Shown piece by piece: positions 25,101 to 37,535 of a stretch of DNA of 64,000 nt (positions are counted from its first letter, which is position 1; each line of letters starts with the position of its first letter). Origin of the DNA: Chlorokybus atmophyticus (lineage: Eukaryota > Plantae > Mesostigma and Chlorokybus algae); the NCBI GenBank assembly GCA_009103225.1, contig RHPI01001116.1, positions 124,001-188,000 on the forward strand, read 5' to 3'. The translations under genes were made by a program, and so were the position numbers. The notes beneath the pieces are model-generated. The model saw only the letters and a list, made by a program, of their open reading frames with translations. It ran no database searches and was not told the DNA's origin.

Positions 25101-25613
25101 CGCGTGCATTATCGCCCTCGGTGACGGCATCGCCGGCCTCTTCACTCCCAACGACAACATGGCCGAGCAGCTGGACCGCGCCTCCAAGCTTGTCGGTGAA
25201 AAATTCTGGCGCCTTCCTCTGGAAGCAGTACGTGCATTGGTGCTTGCTATACATGCCGTGAGTTCTACAATAAGAATTGCAGCATGCACAGGGTTTACAC
25301 AAGCCCAAGTGCCTGACAGAGACATTGTCTTCACCTTGCTTGGCTGATGTATGGTATCTCGCTGGGATCTATGACACATGCGTTATGGCAGTCGTATTTT
25401 GAGATGATGAAGAGCAGCGTGGCGGACATGAAGAACACGGGGCTGCGCGGCGCGGGCAGCATCACGGCGGCGCTGTTCTTGCAGAAGTTCGTAAAGGAGG
25501 GCATGGAGTGGGCTCACCTCGACATTGCGGGTCCTGTCTGGCAGAAAGATGCGCCCACCGGTTTCGGTGTTGCCACGCTCGTGGAGTGGGTGCAGCACAG
25601 GGCCAAGCAATAA
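22129..25613 (+). CDS. LAP: M17 leucyl aminopeptidase with organellar transit peptide; multi-exon
   Basis: [75 protein letters not shown]. Confidence 0.96.
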
Positions 25614-25872
25614 CTGATCTCCACCGCCGCCCAGTCTACAGTGGTAAGCGGTTGAGAACAGCAGGGGACATTGTCACAAATGACCGGTGTTGTTTCAAGA
25701 CACATCTTACTTCGTGGTTACGATTTCAATTCTCTTTGCGCATCATATACATGAAGGAAGGAAGCAAGTGTGCATGCACAAACCACCCAGTCTAAAACCC
25801 AATGTATGGCGCTCATCACTCACAAGGCAACACGAAGCTGAACAGAAGGGCTGCCCCAAGGCCCGCACACGA

Positions 25873-25913
25873 CAACAGCAACAGCAACAGCAACAACAAC
25901 AACAACAACAACA
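25873..25913. repeat. (CAA/CAG)n microsatellite downstream of LAP
   Basis: CAACAG x3 followed by (CAA)n. Confidence 0.9.
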
Positions 25914-27283
25914 AGCAATACCATAGATGTGTAAGGTTGATCGCAATCCCAGCGCCACGGTGAGAGCCCCTCCTGACTGACTTGATGAGGGTCTGGCTCA
26001 TATGTCTTTGCGCGATTATCAATACACATAGGCATAGTAGCACACCCCTTTTGTACATACACACGCCACATCATTGCACCGCTGGTGTATGGTATGCTTG
26101 CACCTTGCGGTGAACCAATCGATCAGAAGTTTGTTTGATGCAGTGGGCAATTGACAGTGGGCATAAGGGTGAAAGAGACAATTCACGTCACCGCTACACC
26201 ACTACACATAGCTAGCACAAGCACTAGGACCTCTCTGCAGTCAGGTACCACAAGCTTACTGAGTTAAGGCCCAACGAAACAGTTTCTCATCAGCTATTGC
26301 TCAATGCCCGTCGTGATATATACTGCTCCTTTTCCGCTTCTTCTTCTTAGCCAGCCGATGCAGTCACAACCACCTTTTATTATCATCCACATGCAAGTGG
26401 CTGCCAGTGGTTGCTACCATGCATATCCGCACACATCACACACAACCCCAAATGCACATCTACTCTACGCTACGTCGCTACGCTCCACACCTAATGAAGT
26501 ATAGAAATCAGAAGAATGCCTCTCCCGCTGACTTGGATTACAAAGTTCATCAAAGTTCAAAGGAGGATAGTAATTGCCGTTTCATACAGGTAAGGCACTG
26601 GTGTCAATTAATATTGATCACTTTAATATTGTTCACTTCATCACTTCAATGGTTGTCAAGTCAGTTAATACTCTATGCACAATCACTATATAGACCGCTC
26701 ACCTTCCACGCAGTAATTGGTCCTCCATGTGCTACAATGGCTTTATGTTCTCAGGAGGGGTAAAAACCTCATAAAATGACGCCTACAAGAACATTGTAAC
26801 GACACAATCCTGCTAGCTTGATTGTGTTATAATGTAACGCATTGGTATTTAATACAGAAAATACCACAATGTCAACGTGCCATATACAAGCACCGCCTTG
26901 AAGTTTAATCATACACACACGACGATGAATGGTGTATACGATGGCTAACTGCTTGTGTTCGTACTCACGTCGAGGAATTAGTGCACTACATCGTATGCAA
27001 GTTTCTTGTTAATCTTGATAAGTTTGTCATGACACCATGTTAAGTACAACGACTTGATTAAGTCGTTGTAGTCACAACTCTGCTTTAATGTCGATGGACA
27101 TTTGAACGAGTCTTTACAACTTATCCAACTTATGTTACCCGTCTGATGGTTGAAAATGCGTAGCGAGTTTGGTTGTTAACCGACAGTAATAGTGTCACCT
27201 CCCTATGTTGGCAGGCGCCTCCCTGGGTGCCGAAATTGCTTCAGTGATAGCCACCCTGAGGTTACCGAGGAGGAGAGAGGGGG

Positions 27284-27596
27284 NNNNNNNNNNNNNNNNN
27301 NNNNNNNNNNNNNNNNNNNNNNNNNNNNNNNNNNNNNNNNNNNNNNNNNNNNNNNNNNNNNNNNNNNNNNNNNNNNNNNNNNNNNNNNNNNNNNNNNNNN
27401 NNNNNNNNNNNNNNNNNNNNNNNNNNNNNNNNNNNNNNNNNNNNNNNNNNNNNNNNNNNNNNNNNNNNNNNNNNNNNNNNNNNNNNNNNNNNNNNNNNNN
27501 NNNNNNNNNNNNNNNNNNNNNNNNNNNNNNNNNNNNNNNNNNNNNNNNNNNNNNNNNNNNNNNNNNNNNNNNNNNNNNNNNNNNNNNNNNNNNNNN
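27284..27596. other. Assembly gap (N run)
   Basis: Run of n with short G and C runs at the edges. Confidence 0.99.
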
Positions 27597-30579
27597 CCCC
27601 CATTTCATGTTAAATAGTTCATTTATCAAGTTTTATTTTTTTGCTTAATGCCAACCATGTCAACTTCGATTGCGTGCACCACAAGCAGCGCATGCGCGCT
27701 TGTGCTCAGCATATAAGTTACGTACTTATAGTTTACGGGATGTTGGTGTAATTGCATTTTGATAACATGGCTTGGTTGGCCAACACGGCGCCTCAACTAT
27801 TAGGCTGTGACAGCAAAAGTCGCTGCCATAAGGAAAAACACATGTCCCACATGTTACGGTTCACAACCACAGCTCCACATTAACATACAACCCGTCCGGC
27901 AAACCCAAGTGCAGTTGGCTTCTTCCAACACAACTCTTGCTTCTGCGCCTTCAAATTGCATGACTGTCATGTATGGCCTTGCAAATAGTTGATGATAACA
28001 TTTGCATCTTCACCCGCGTTCATTGCGAAGTTAACAATTTTATATATAAATGAGCTATTTTAGCTTCAGGTCCTTGTCTTCATGCGCATTGTATAAAGCA
28101 AACGAGCTCATGGGTAAACAATTGTTCACACGGTTTAGACGAGATTGCTAATGAAACCAGCGTGAATCGGTAACAACATTAAGCAATTGCAGTCTGGTAA
28201 CAATTGAGCGCCGCGGCACATCATCATGCAGAAAAATTGCACGGTTTGTTTTATGCTCGCAGTGTATGCGTAGAACCATGTCCAGTCGGCTACGCTTGTC
28301 GCAAGAATAGGTCTGAAAAGTACCCTTCCGTAGACACCAGAGTCGGTGCGAACTTGATGATTCGGTTACTGACCTCAACATATCAATGGAGTGTAGAGCT
28401 TTGATGAAAGATTGCGCCGCACAGGCTACTGGCAGTAGCCGAGCCCTGCGCGGTCAGTAGGACTACATTATGTGGCGAATCGCCACAGCCGATCTACGGC
28501 CTGCATGTAGGCTTTCTAGCCTTTTGCTATTATTATGTCCAAAGCCTAGTCTAGAGCTTGTAAATACTTAAGTAGCCTACGAGTAGGGGCTACTAGGTAC
28601 AGGATAGACCTTAGCTGAGTTGTAGGCTGCTATTTTGCCTTCTGCTTTAAGCCAAGCTATGAAAGTGTTCTGAAAACATCTGAAAACCAGCTCAACGTAG
28701 GCTAGGTAGGTCTAGCCTACCTACCGCCGATACTGCTCCTACTAGGTAGAGGTTTACGGCGGCTGATAGCTGTCGCCCTCCTGAATCAGGACTCCTGAAG
28801 CTTCTTCCCGTAAGATATGATTTAGTAGATAGCAACATCTCCACACTTTGCCGCGCTGCATTGACTTCTTCAACGCCGCAAACACAGCATGTAGGAGACC
28901 TAAACTTGTAAACACTTCATACAACAATTTGCTTGGTTGCTTAACCCAGCCCACCATGTCAACCTCGCTGCCACATGAGCTGCTGAAAACCAAACTCTGC
29001 GACAACAACTTCAGGCCAGGTCAACTTCTTCAAGTTGGCTGTTCGACATTTACCCAAGATCGCAAAACCCGTCGTAGAATCTGATATCCGCGGCCCGTCG
29101 GCTGTTTCGTACCGGGGACTGGTAGCCGCCGAGCCTACGAGCCCGGCGAGTCCCTAGCCCTTGATGATGATCAGTAGGGGCCGGCGCAGAAACGTCTCCC
29201 TCCGCCGACGCTATGTCGACATTGTTTCCCCAGCCAAGTCAGCCTGTCGACATTCGGCTCCCACAACGCGGACAGGGTTGGAAAGGCAGCATGATGGTGC
29301 TGTTGTGCGCTTTGCAGAGGTTATTCAGACGGCGCGGAGCAGCACGACGGGGTTGAGCGGGGCGGGCAAGTGAGCGAGCGATCTCTCAGCGGCAGCGCCT
29401 AGGCAGGAAGCGCCTCCTACCTGCGTAAGCGCATAGCCACGGCTGTGTATGGCTTTGGCGTGGCTGCTGCCGGCGTGCTGCTTGGCTGCTAAGCTTAAGC
29501 TTATCGCTGAGGGGCAGGGGGAGGCAGTTACAGTGAGTTTGAGCTCTGAAACAATTGACTTGTCTGCGGCTCGCACGCACGCACGCGGGCACGCACAAGC
29601 TGCTTGCTCGCCGCCGCCAAGCAAGCCTCGGAGGTGAGGCTTCCAGATCTTCTTAGTGTGGTGGTGGTTGCGAGGTGTGTGTATCCAAAACAAAAACAGT
29701 CTGTGGTGGGCTAGGCACGAGGCGGCGGAGTCACCAACGGTACCGTCCTGCTGCTTGTGGCCAGTGGTGTAGGTGGGGGTGAGGAGTCCTCGTTTGCAGA
29801 GGTGATGAGCCTGCTGTTGTCACGGAGTTGGTAGCCGTCTTGAGCATACGGACTGAACTCCCACCCCCTTTGCCATCTCAAACTGTCGCAGTGTAGCATG
29901 TTGTTGCTGCCACGTGCATGCGTTGCTAGGGGGTGTCTCGATCACGGTGTTGCAGTTATTGCTTACCTACGCTTCACACTCATCTTTGCCAGTTTGTGCA
30001 ACTACCCTTGCAGTCGCCAACTGTCAGTGTGCCTTGTGTTACAGCTCCTACGTACCGTAACACGACTGTTGCATTACTCGGTCGGTCTGCTTGCTGTTGT
30101 TAGCTCGGCGGTTGGCGTCTGGATGCACTTTGACAGTGATCTAGGTCGAATGCTAAGGCGCTGTGGAAGCTAGGGCCGTCCCAGCAGGATACCCAAGTTT
30201 CTGTAGCTTTCAGGCGTTGTACACACAGTGTGCCTGGTTACATCGCATTCTCTTTGCCAACCTTTGTCTGTGTGTCATTGCAGGCATTCACAGCCAGCAA
30301 GCGATAGTTGCAATGTTTGTTTTCTATGGTACAGGTCAGTTGTTGCTGTCAGCAGCGTGTGCATGAACGCTTCTCGCAATGCGCGCTCACATGGAGCCTT
30401 CACCTTGGCAGGCATAGCATGCACGGCGTGATCCTGAGAGGTCACGCGCGACGTAGTTGTTGAAGGCGAAGAATGTCCAGGCACCGGACAGTGGTGCATT
30501 GCATAGGTAGACATTCTGAACTCGGGCAACTTGGCACAGCTGTGCATGACATCGCTGCAAGGGCATCACGACCTAAGTG

Positions 30580-32406
30580 ATGTCTGCACCTGCACCGCGC
30601 GTGTATGTATGCTTCAATGGCGACCGCCTAGTTCTGCCATTACTGCCAGAGAAGCCGGTTGTGTGGCTTGCGCAAGAGGCGTCGCAACGGTATGTGCGCC
30701 TTGTGAAGCGGCGGCAAGGAGAAGATACGGTGAGTCACTTGTGTGGCACATCTACTTGCTTTCTCTTACTGACGGTGCTGCAGCCGCAGTGTGTGTTTCA
30801 GCTGTACTCATCAAAGCATGCATGATTACTGTGCTCTGGGTGTCATCTAATACTATGCCAGCTGTGTCCACTGGGCAGCTGTCTCATGTTGTTTATATAC
30901 CCAAACAGCCTGTTGATGGCACCATCCTGGAGCTGAGACTCCCTGGCATGCGGCATGCATCTCTGGATTGGGATGATTTGATTGGCTCGGTCATACGCGA
31001 TGGGGAAGACGTGTATGCAATACTTCGTACTCCTCACGCAGGTATCACATGGCATTAGTATGTTGTAGTGTTGACTCTGCAGTATCTGTGGTGCGCTGAC
31101 TCTTGTCCTCACCTGGGTGTCTGCAGCTACGCCCGCTAGACTTGAAAGTGATGTGCCTGATGCAGACGTGGCAGGCACCAGTGGCAATGCTGAAGAGCTT
31201 TTGCAGTCTGAGCAGGCTCAGCGAACTGCAACCACGTCAGTGCGCTCAGCAAGCATGCAGTTTGACTTGAACGAGACTGCAGAGGAGAGGATAAAGAGAG
31301 CTGCGAACACGGAAAGTAGTAGAGCGGTGTGTGCACAATGGCTAATAACATGCACAATCTCAGCATGCGCTGTGCTCTAACTTACCGATGCATGCATGCA
31401 TGCAAGTCCGCCTTCACCACTCTCAACACACCTCTGTGAGTCCTGTCTGAACCCGCATGCTTGCAGCTGAGTAGTAAGCAAGAACAGAACATTCGGTTCA
31501 GCCTGGCCGGCAACCAGTTATGTTGCACTACCATTGCAACATCGCACTGACACACAGCGAACTAAACAGCCTTGTCCTTGCGCAGAGCAAACCAAAGAAA
31601 CGCAGGAAAAAATACAGAGGCTTTGAGGAGGCAAGAGAGTTCGTCCGCTCCTTGAACTTGAAAACCAAAGGCCAGTACGAGGCCTGGCGTAGTCAAGAGG
31701 GTCGTCCAGGGGACATACCAGGTAAGCTGGCAGTTGCTGGCCACTGCGTGTGTGCCAATGCTGCTACTTGGTGCGTTTTCACGAAAAGGCTGATGCCATG
31801 CAGCTTGTTGTGGATGCATCGCAGTCATGCACTCCATCACAGTCTGGTTGCTGTTTGCGCCGCCCGCACCAGCGCATGTTGCCGGCAGTTCTGCACGCCG
31901 CCTTACCTGCAAGTGGCTGAGTTGTTGTTCTCTTAGGAAATCCATACAAAACCTATCTCGATCGAGGCTGGATCTCCTGGCCTGGTGAGTGAGCACGCGG
32001 TTGACCAAACGGCATGCACATATCTCTGCTGGGTATCTGCTCATTTTAAAGCGTGAACGTTTTCGCAGACTTCTTGGGCACTAGTAAAGGGAAGTTGGCA
32101 AGGCAAAGGCGCGCGTCGGATGCGTCGGCTGCTGCTGGCACGGCAGCTTCGGGTGGTATGACTGCAGTTGCTATAGCCACCGCTTCTGGGGGCGCCACAG
32201 CAGTGTCACAGGTGTCGGGAGTGCCCTTGCATGTGCGACTGTGTGCATGCGCATGTGCAGTCCAAAACATCCCATCTTCATATCCTGGGAACGGCAGTCA
32301 TGCTAGCTGCAATGTGCAGAATAAGCGCGAACGTGTTGTCAAGCAGGCGCATGTCGGCAGTGATTCCTCCAAGGGGCTGTCTCATAAAGACCCTGACACC
32401 CATTGA
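30580..32406 (+). CDS. Hypothetical nuclear protein: N-terminal ubiquitin-like (Par3/HAL-N or TONSL-UBL type) domain, NLS, one integrase-repeat (PF14882-like) unit; 7 exons
   Basis: Phase-consistent exons: RVYVCFNGDRLVLPLLPEKPVVWLAQEASQRY, ILELRL..ASLDWDDLIGSVIRDGEDVYAIL, KPKKRRKK, YRGFEEAREFVRSLNLKTKGQYEAWRSQEGRPGDIPGNPYKTYLDRGWISWPDFLG. Confidence 0.7.
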
Positions 32407-33867
32407 TGGAGGACGATACGAATTGGAAGGATGTTGGTGCATAATGGCTTCTTCGACGTGCAACATGGGCATATGATAGAGCGGCAATTCGTCTTATGGG
32501 TCCGGCGTTGTCGTCTCAAGCACTGAATGGGAGGTAAAGGAGGGGGGCAGTGTAGGGAGAGAAGTTTGTCTCGGAGGTTGGGAACAGTAGGTTGCAACAA
32601 TTGTTAGCGCAGGCTTCTGCTGGCTGCTGTCAACAATCGTTGGCCAGACTGCAAGCATGCATGTCTATCGCAAAATCTACATCGGTCATAAAGTGGTCGA
32701 TGTATAGATTTCTAGATCAGGCGGTTAGTGACATTTACAGCGGGTCGGGTTCTGGTAATTTCAGGATTGTGGGTGTGAAACTCTGTGTTTTGCTAGGTGG
32801 TATTGTCAGGCCCTAGGCATTCGCACGTCTAACTATGCATATGTCATGCGACATGTCTGGTGGTTGTTGGCTGCTGTCCCCTGTCATTCATAGGCACCTG
32901 TAGCGATCTACAAATGTTGCTGAGGGTCTTGTCTCTTAGATTCTAAGTTGCGGTCCTAGCGTCCAGTGTTGAGCTCTGCCTTAGCCCCCACTGAAATCTT
33001 GTGTTTGCTTGCCTGCTTGTTCTATCAGTTGTTGCTCGTGCATGGTTACCGCCCCTAGAGCTTGCTTGAATGCAACTCTTATGTGTTGGGTAGGCAGCTA
33101 CAAATGCTAGCATATCATTGAATGCGCGCTCTGTTGCATTATGTTGCTATGCAGCACACATGCATGCACTTATGTCGATTGTGTATGCATGTCAATTGCG
33201 TTGTCAGCATGTCCTAATGTTGACAGTAAAACATGACGTATGGAATTAATGCAAATTTGTGTTGCAAATATGTATATAAAGTTGTTGCTAACGCTATGAT
33301 GCAAATTCTGGTGTAGTGTTAATATGGTTGAAGGTGCCTATGATGTATAGGTTACAAGGCCTTTCTCTAGGCTACGTAGAGGTGGTGGTGTGAATAAAGT
33401 GTGGTGCTCTACGTGTTATGCTTGTGTTATGTAACCTTGATAACGTGTGCATGTTTCTATACCCTATACATGTAGTCCCGCTATGTGCCATACATCATCG
33501 CAACCATGCCACCTTGCCTGCTACTGCATTGCCAACCTATGTTCTCATCCCGTTCGCTTGTACAAGTAGGCATCTATACCCTTGGCACCACACCAATTTG
33601 CACCTAGCGAGCTATACCACACCAGATTACACTGTTGAAATTGCTATGATGTATGCTAACAGGCCGGTTGTTGGCATACACGTTTGCACTTACGGTCACA
33701 TTGCCTGATGTTGCATTGCTTACATCTTCTCTCCTCTCCTCCATAGTAATCTCCTACGCCTGATCATAGCCTTTGCCTGCGCCCTACCTTGTGCAACCAG
33801 TGTGGCTGGTTCACCATAGCTGATGCTCCCTGCCTCACTGCCTTGCACGCACATAAGTCCAGCCCTA

Positions 33868-33892
33868 TAGCTAGCTAGCTAGCTAGCTAGCT
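33868..33892. repeat. (TAGC)n tetranucleotide microsatellite
   Basis: About 6 TAGC units. Confidence 0.9.
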
Positions 33893-34257
33893 GTGCCTTG
33901 TCGTGGTGGTTTATACTGCCTTTGTGCCTTTGTGAGTGCTTGCTTATTTGCATCTTGTGTTATACCCTATATTGTAGTACGCAACCTGTACTGTCTTAAC
34001 ACCATCACTTGCTTTGCACCTAGCGGGCTGTTAAAGTGTAATCGTAATATTTTACTAGTGTTCACATGGTTTGCGTCCATTTGCCTTCAGTCTGTGTAAA
34101 TATTATTTGCGCTACTGTACGTGCCACCTGCAGTAGCGCGTTTTGAAGTCATGAAGCGGGCTCATGCAAGTAGCATAGTTGGGTCTTAAACATGTTTCAT
34201 GCAAAACTGCATCCACAACTTTAAACGGACAAATCTTTATAAGTAGAATTAACATAT

Positions 34258-34603
34258 CGCCGTGTCTGCTGCAGCTTGCGCAGCATAGCTTGTTTTGTGC
34301 ATGCATCCTTCAACCATATACTACCTGACGAAAACTAAAGTTTGCTATTACCACCAAACTCGCTTATTGTCATTGAATGTTGTTTGAATGTGTGCTACGG
34401 TAGCACTGCTACCCCCCTAACGTTGTACCCTTTACTTTCCCATCTTTTTCGCAAGTGTTCTATGCAAATGCAAGATAGTTCCATTGCTCTTGTATTATAT
34501 AATGTTGACTGTGGCTAGAAGAGTAGCCGCTCCAATCCAATTTCAAGTTCTATATTTCATCACTTTACACATAAGACAATATATACATATGGTGATTTGA
34601 GCC
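34258..34603. mobile_element. Dispersed 346-bp repeat, copy 1 (probable TE fragment)
   Basis: Identical line by line to 54475-54820, same orientation, offset 20217 bp. Non-coding and AT-richer than the genes. Confidence 0.7.
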
Positions 34604-36106
34604 TTCACAAGTACTCAAAAACTAGTAATATACACGACCATCGCAGCCGCTGCTCGAGTTTGCTGTTAGTCAAATTGCTGAGCATAATGCAACAAAGGAG
34701 TATCAGTGTGCATGTGTAAAGACCATGTGCGGCGGCTGTGGCGGCCACAGACATAGAGACTGGTGGTGTACCGGTTTAACAAAATGTGCAATAAACTTAG
34801 TTTGAGAGCATCATATTGGCTAGTGACATTGCGTGGAGACTGTTGTTAGCAGAGGTAGGCGCAGGCGTCTAGTTAACGGCCTTGCCATTGCTTTCAGCGC
34901 TGCTATCATCGCCGGATGAGTACCGAACATCCGTATGCTACCTGCTGCCACATCGGTGCCAAAAGATGTCGAGCTGCATTTGTGGTGTCACGCCAAACAT
35001 CGTTTTACGGTGTCCAATTGGTAGCTACCTATAGGGACATAGACCGGCTTCATATCGATATGATCAGAGAATACATGGCACGCAGCCGCCGCATGAACTT
35101 CATAACATGGACGTTGGGACGCAATGATTGCATTTGTTGATATTATGGTTACACCTTGCGAGGAGCGCGCGGGAAAAGCTGTTAAAGATATCCTTACATT
35201 CGTTCAGCTCACCCTCAATACACAAATACAGGTTTAATGAACGAATTGATTGTAAAACCCGCACAACGATCGAGCACATGCATTTCGGACTATGGTAAGC
35301 CTTAAAAAGAGTTAAAAAATTGGTAATTCAGTGCATACGAAGCCAATCATTACTGGCTCATGACTAGACCATTTCACAAACTTACGTCACGCGATGTGTC
35401 GTAGCTTTTGTAAAACGCTAGACGTGAACCACACAGCGCTATATGGCTAGCACAACTTACATCGCATTACGCTGTAGTCGAAAAAGTCTTGCACAATCGC
35501 TTTGAAAAGAGAATGGTGTACAGAATGGCGGGTATAAAAGACCTCAGGTTGACAGAAATATATAGGAGTGATGAGTATATGAATACCACAGTGGCAAAAG
35601 AGTTGCAATTGAGCGAGTGTGTTCATGCTTGCCGTAACTGCATGCATACATTTGTGCGCTCGATAAGCAGCAACAGTAAGGGGACAATTGCAACAACAAA
35701 CACAACAACCGCCCTTGCATGCATGTGTGCAAGCTAGCTTGTCAACAATGGCCGCACGCCAAGTGCGGCAAGCAACGGAAACTAGATGAGTAGATTACCT
35801 TCTTGCCGCTGGCGTAGACACATGGTATCTTTGGCGAACACTCCCGCAAGCTCTTGTAGGCGTGTGTGATGATGTAGCGTGGAGCAGCGGTGGCAGTAAT
35901 GCCGCCGTGGGCGCCATTGCTGCCGGCGCCGCTGGTCGTCTAGTTGTTGGCTGTTGATGTTAGTCAATAGCTAGTGCGGTTTTATGCTGTATCATTAGAC
36001 ATGCTCTCTAAATTCCTTCGAATTGTACTACTTATGATTGTGTGTGTTTGTTGCACGCTGCATCTCAGCTAAGTTATGGACTCCGAGTTGAGCTGGTGAT
36101 TGTTGC

Positions 36107-36672
<566 letters not shown>

Positions 36673-37535
36673 CGCAATGACCACAAATCTGCCCTCTGCG
36701 AATGGGCAGCACACTTGCTTTGCATGGAACCAAGTTTCATCAGCACAATACCTGTGAAAGTTGGTTATTTGTTTTAGCTACCACCGAACTATCTCTGCTA
36801 TATATGCACATACACATGCACAGTCTGTGCTGCAATCCCACATTGTCGCGCTAGTCCACATGCTGCCACCAACGCCACACTGACATACACCGCCACGCAA
36901 GCACGCGCGTGCGCTCACGCACGCACGCACCAGACCATCACCCACCCACGCACACACACTTCCATACACGCACACTACCAAACTACCAATCCTCACTCCT
37001 CCGACAACACACAGAAGTTTGCAGGTGTCACATGCAACTTGCAGACACTAGATGACTTTCGAGCCATTTGGAGATGTTGCAGAGCTCTGGTGACATAACA
37101 ACTCATTGACAGCTGGGGTACACGCATTGGTGTATTATGCAACTTTGGTGGTCGCATTTCATCGATATGACATAGAACAACAGCAGCAGCAACAGCTTGA
37201 TTGGCTAACAAGCACCTAACAGCCACTAGTATTCACACATGGACACGGGCCCGGTCACTGTGTTTGTCATATGGACTGAACGTGGGTACAGCCAGCGCCT
37301 CATTTGCAGTCCCAGCTTACGACATGCGTTGCACAACGAGCAGGTTTGTTCAGACATCGCACGTCGATTCAGCTTAATGACCAAGACACTAGTCCCTACA
37401 CTTTTTCTCAGAATGGGGCTGGGTGCTGTGATGTGCAGCATGCTGAAGTGGATTGACTCCCTGGGCTGTGTCAGATAGTCTGGTACATTGTTTGTAAGCG
37501 CGACTTGTGAAGCATTGCACACTCACTCGCACCAA

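Noticed and set aside
26407-26763. 118-aa ORF in AT-rich DNA
   Set aside because: No family resemblance; composition unlike the genes in this window.
29161-29250. TGATGA box C-like word
   Set aside because: No matching box D with a terminal stem or rRNA guide was seen.
29325-30430. Possible hydrophobic exons upstream of the Ubl gene (LLHYSVGLLAVVSSAVGVW; QAIVAMFVFYGT)
   Set aside because: Could not link start, exons and stop with plausible intron lengths.
35230-35298. RFNERIDCKTRTTIEHMHFGL, faintly like the Harbinger transposase FN..R..IE..FG motif
   Set aside because: Short, spacing is off, surrounded by stops, and no other DDE blocks found.
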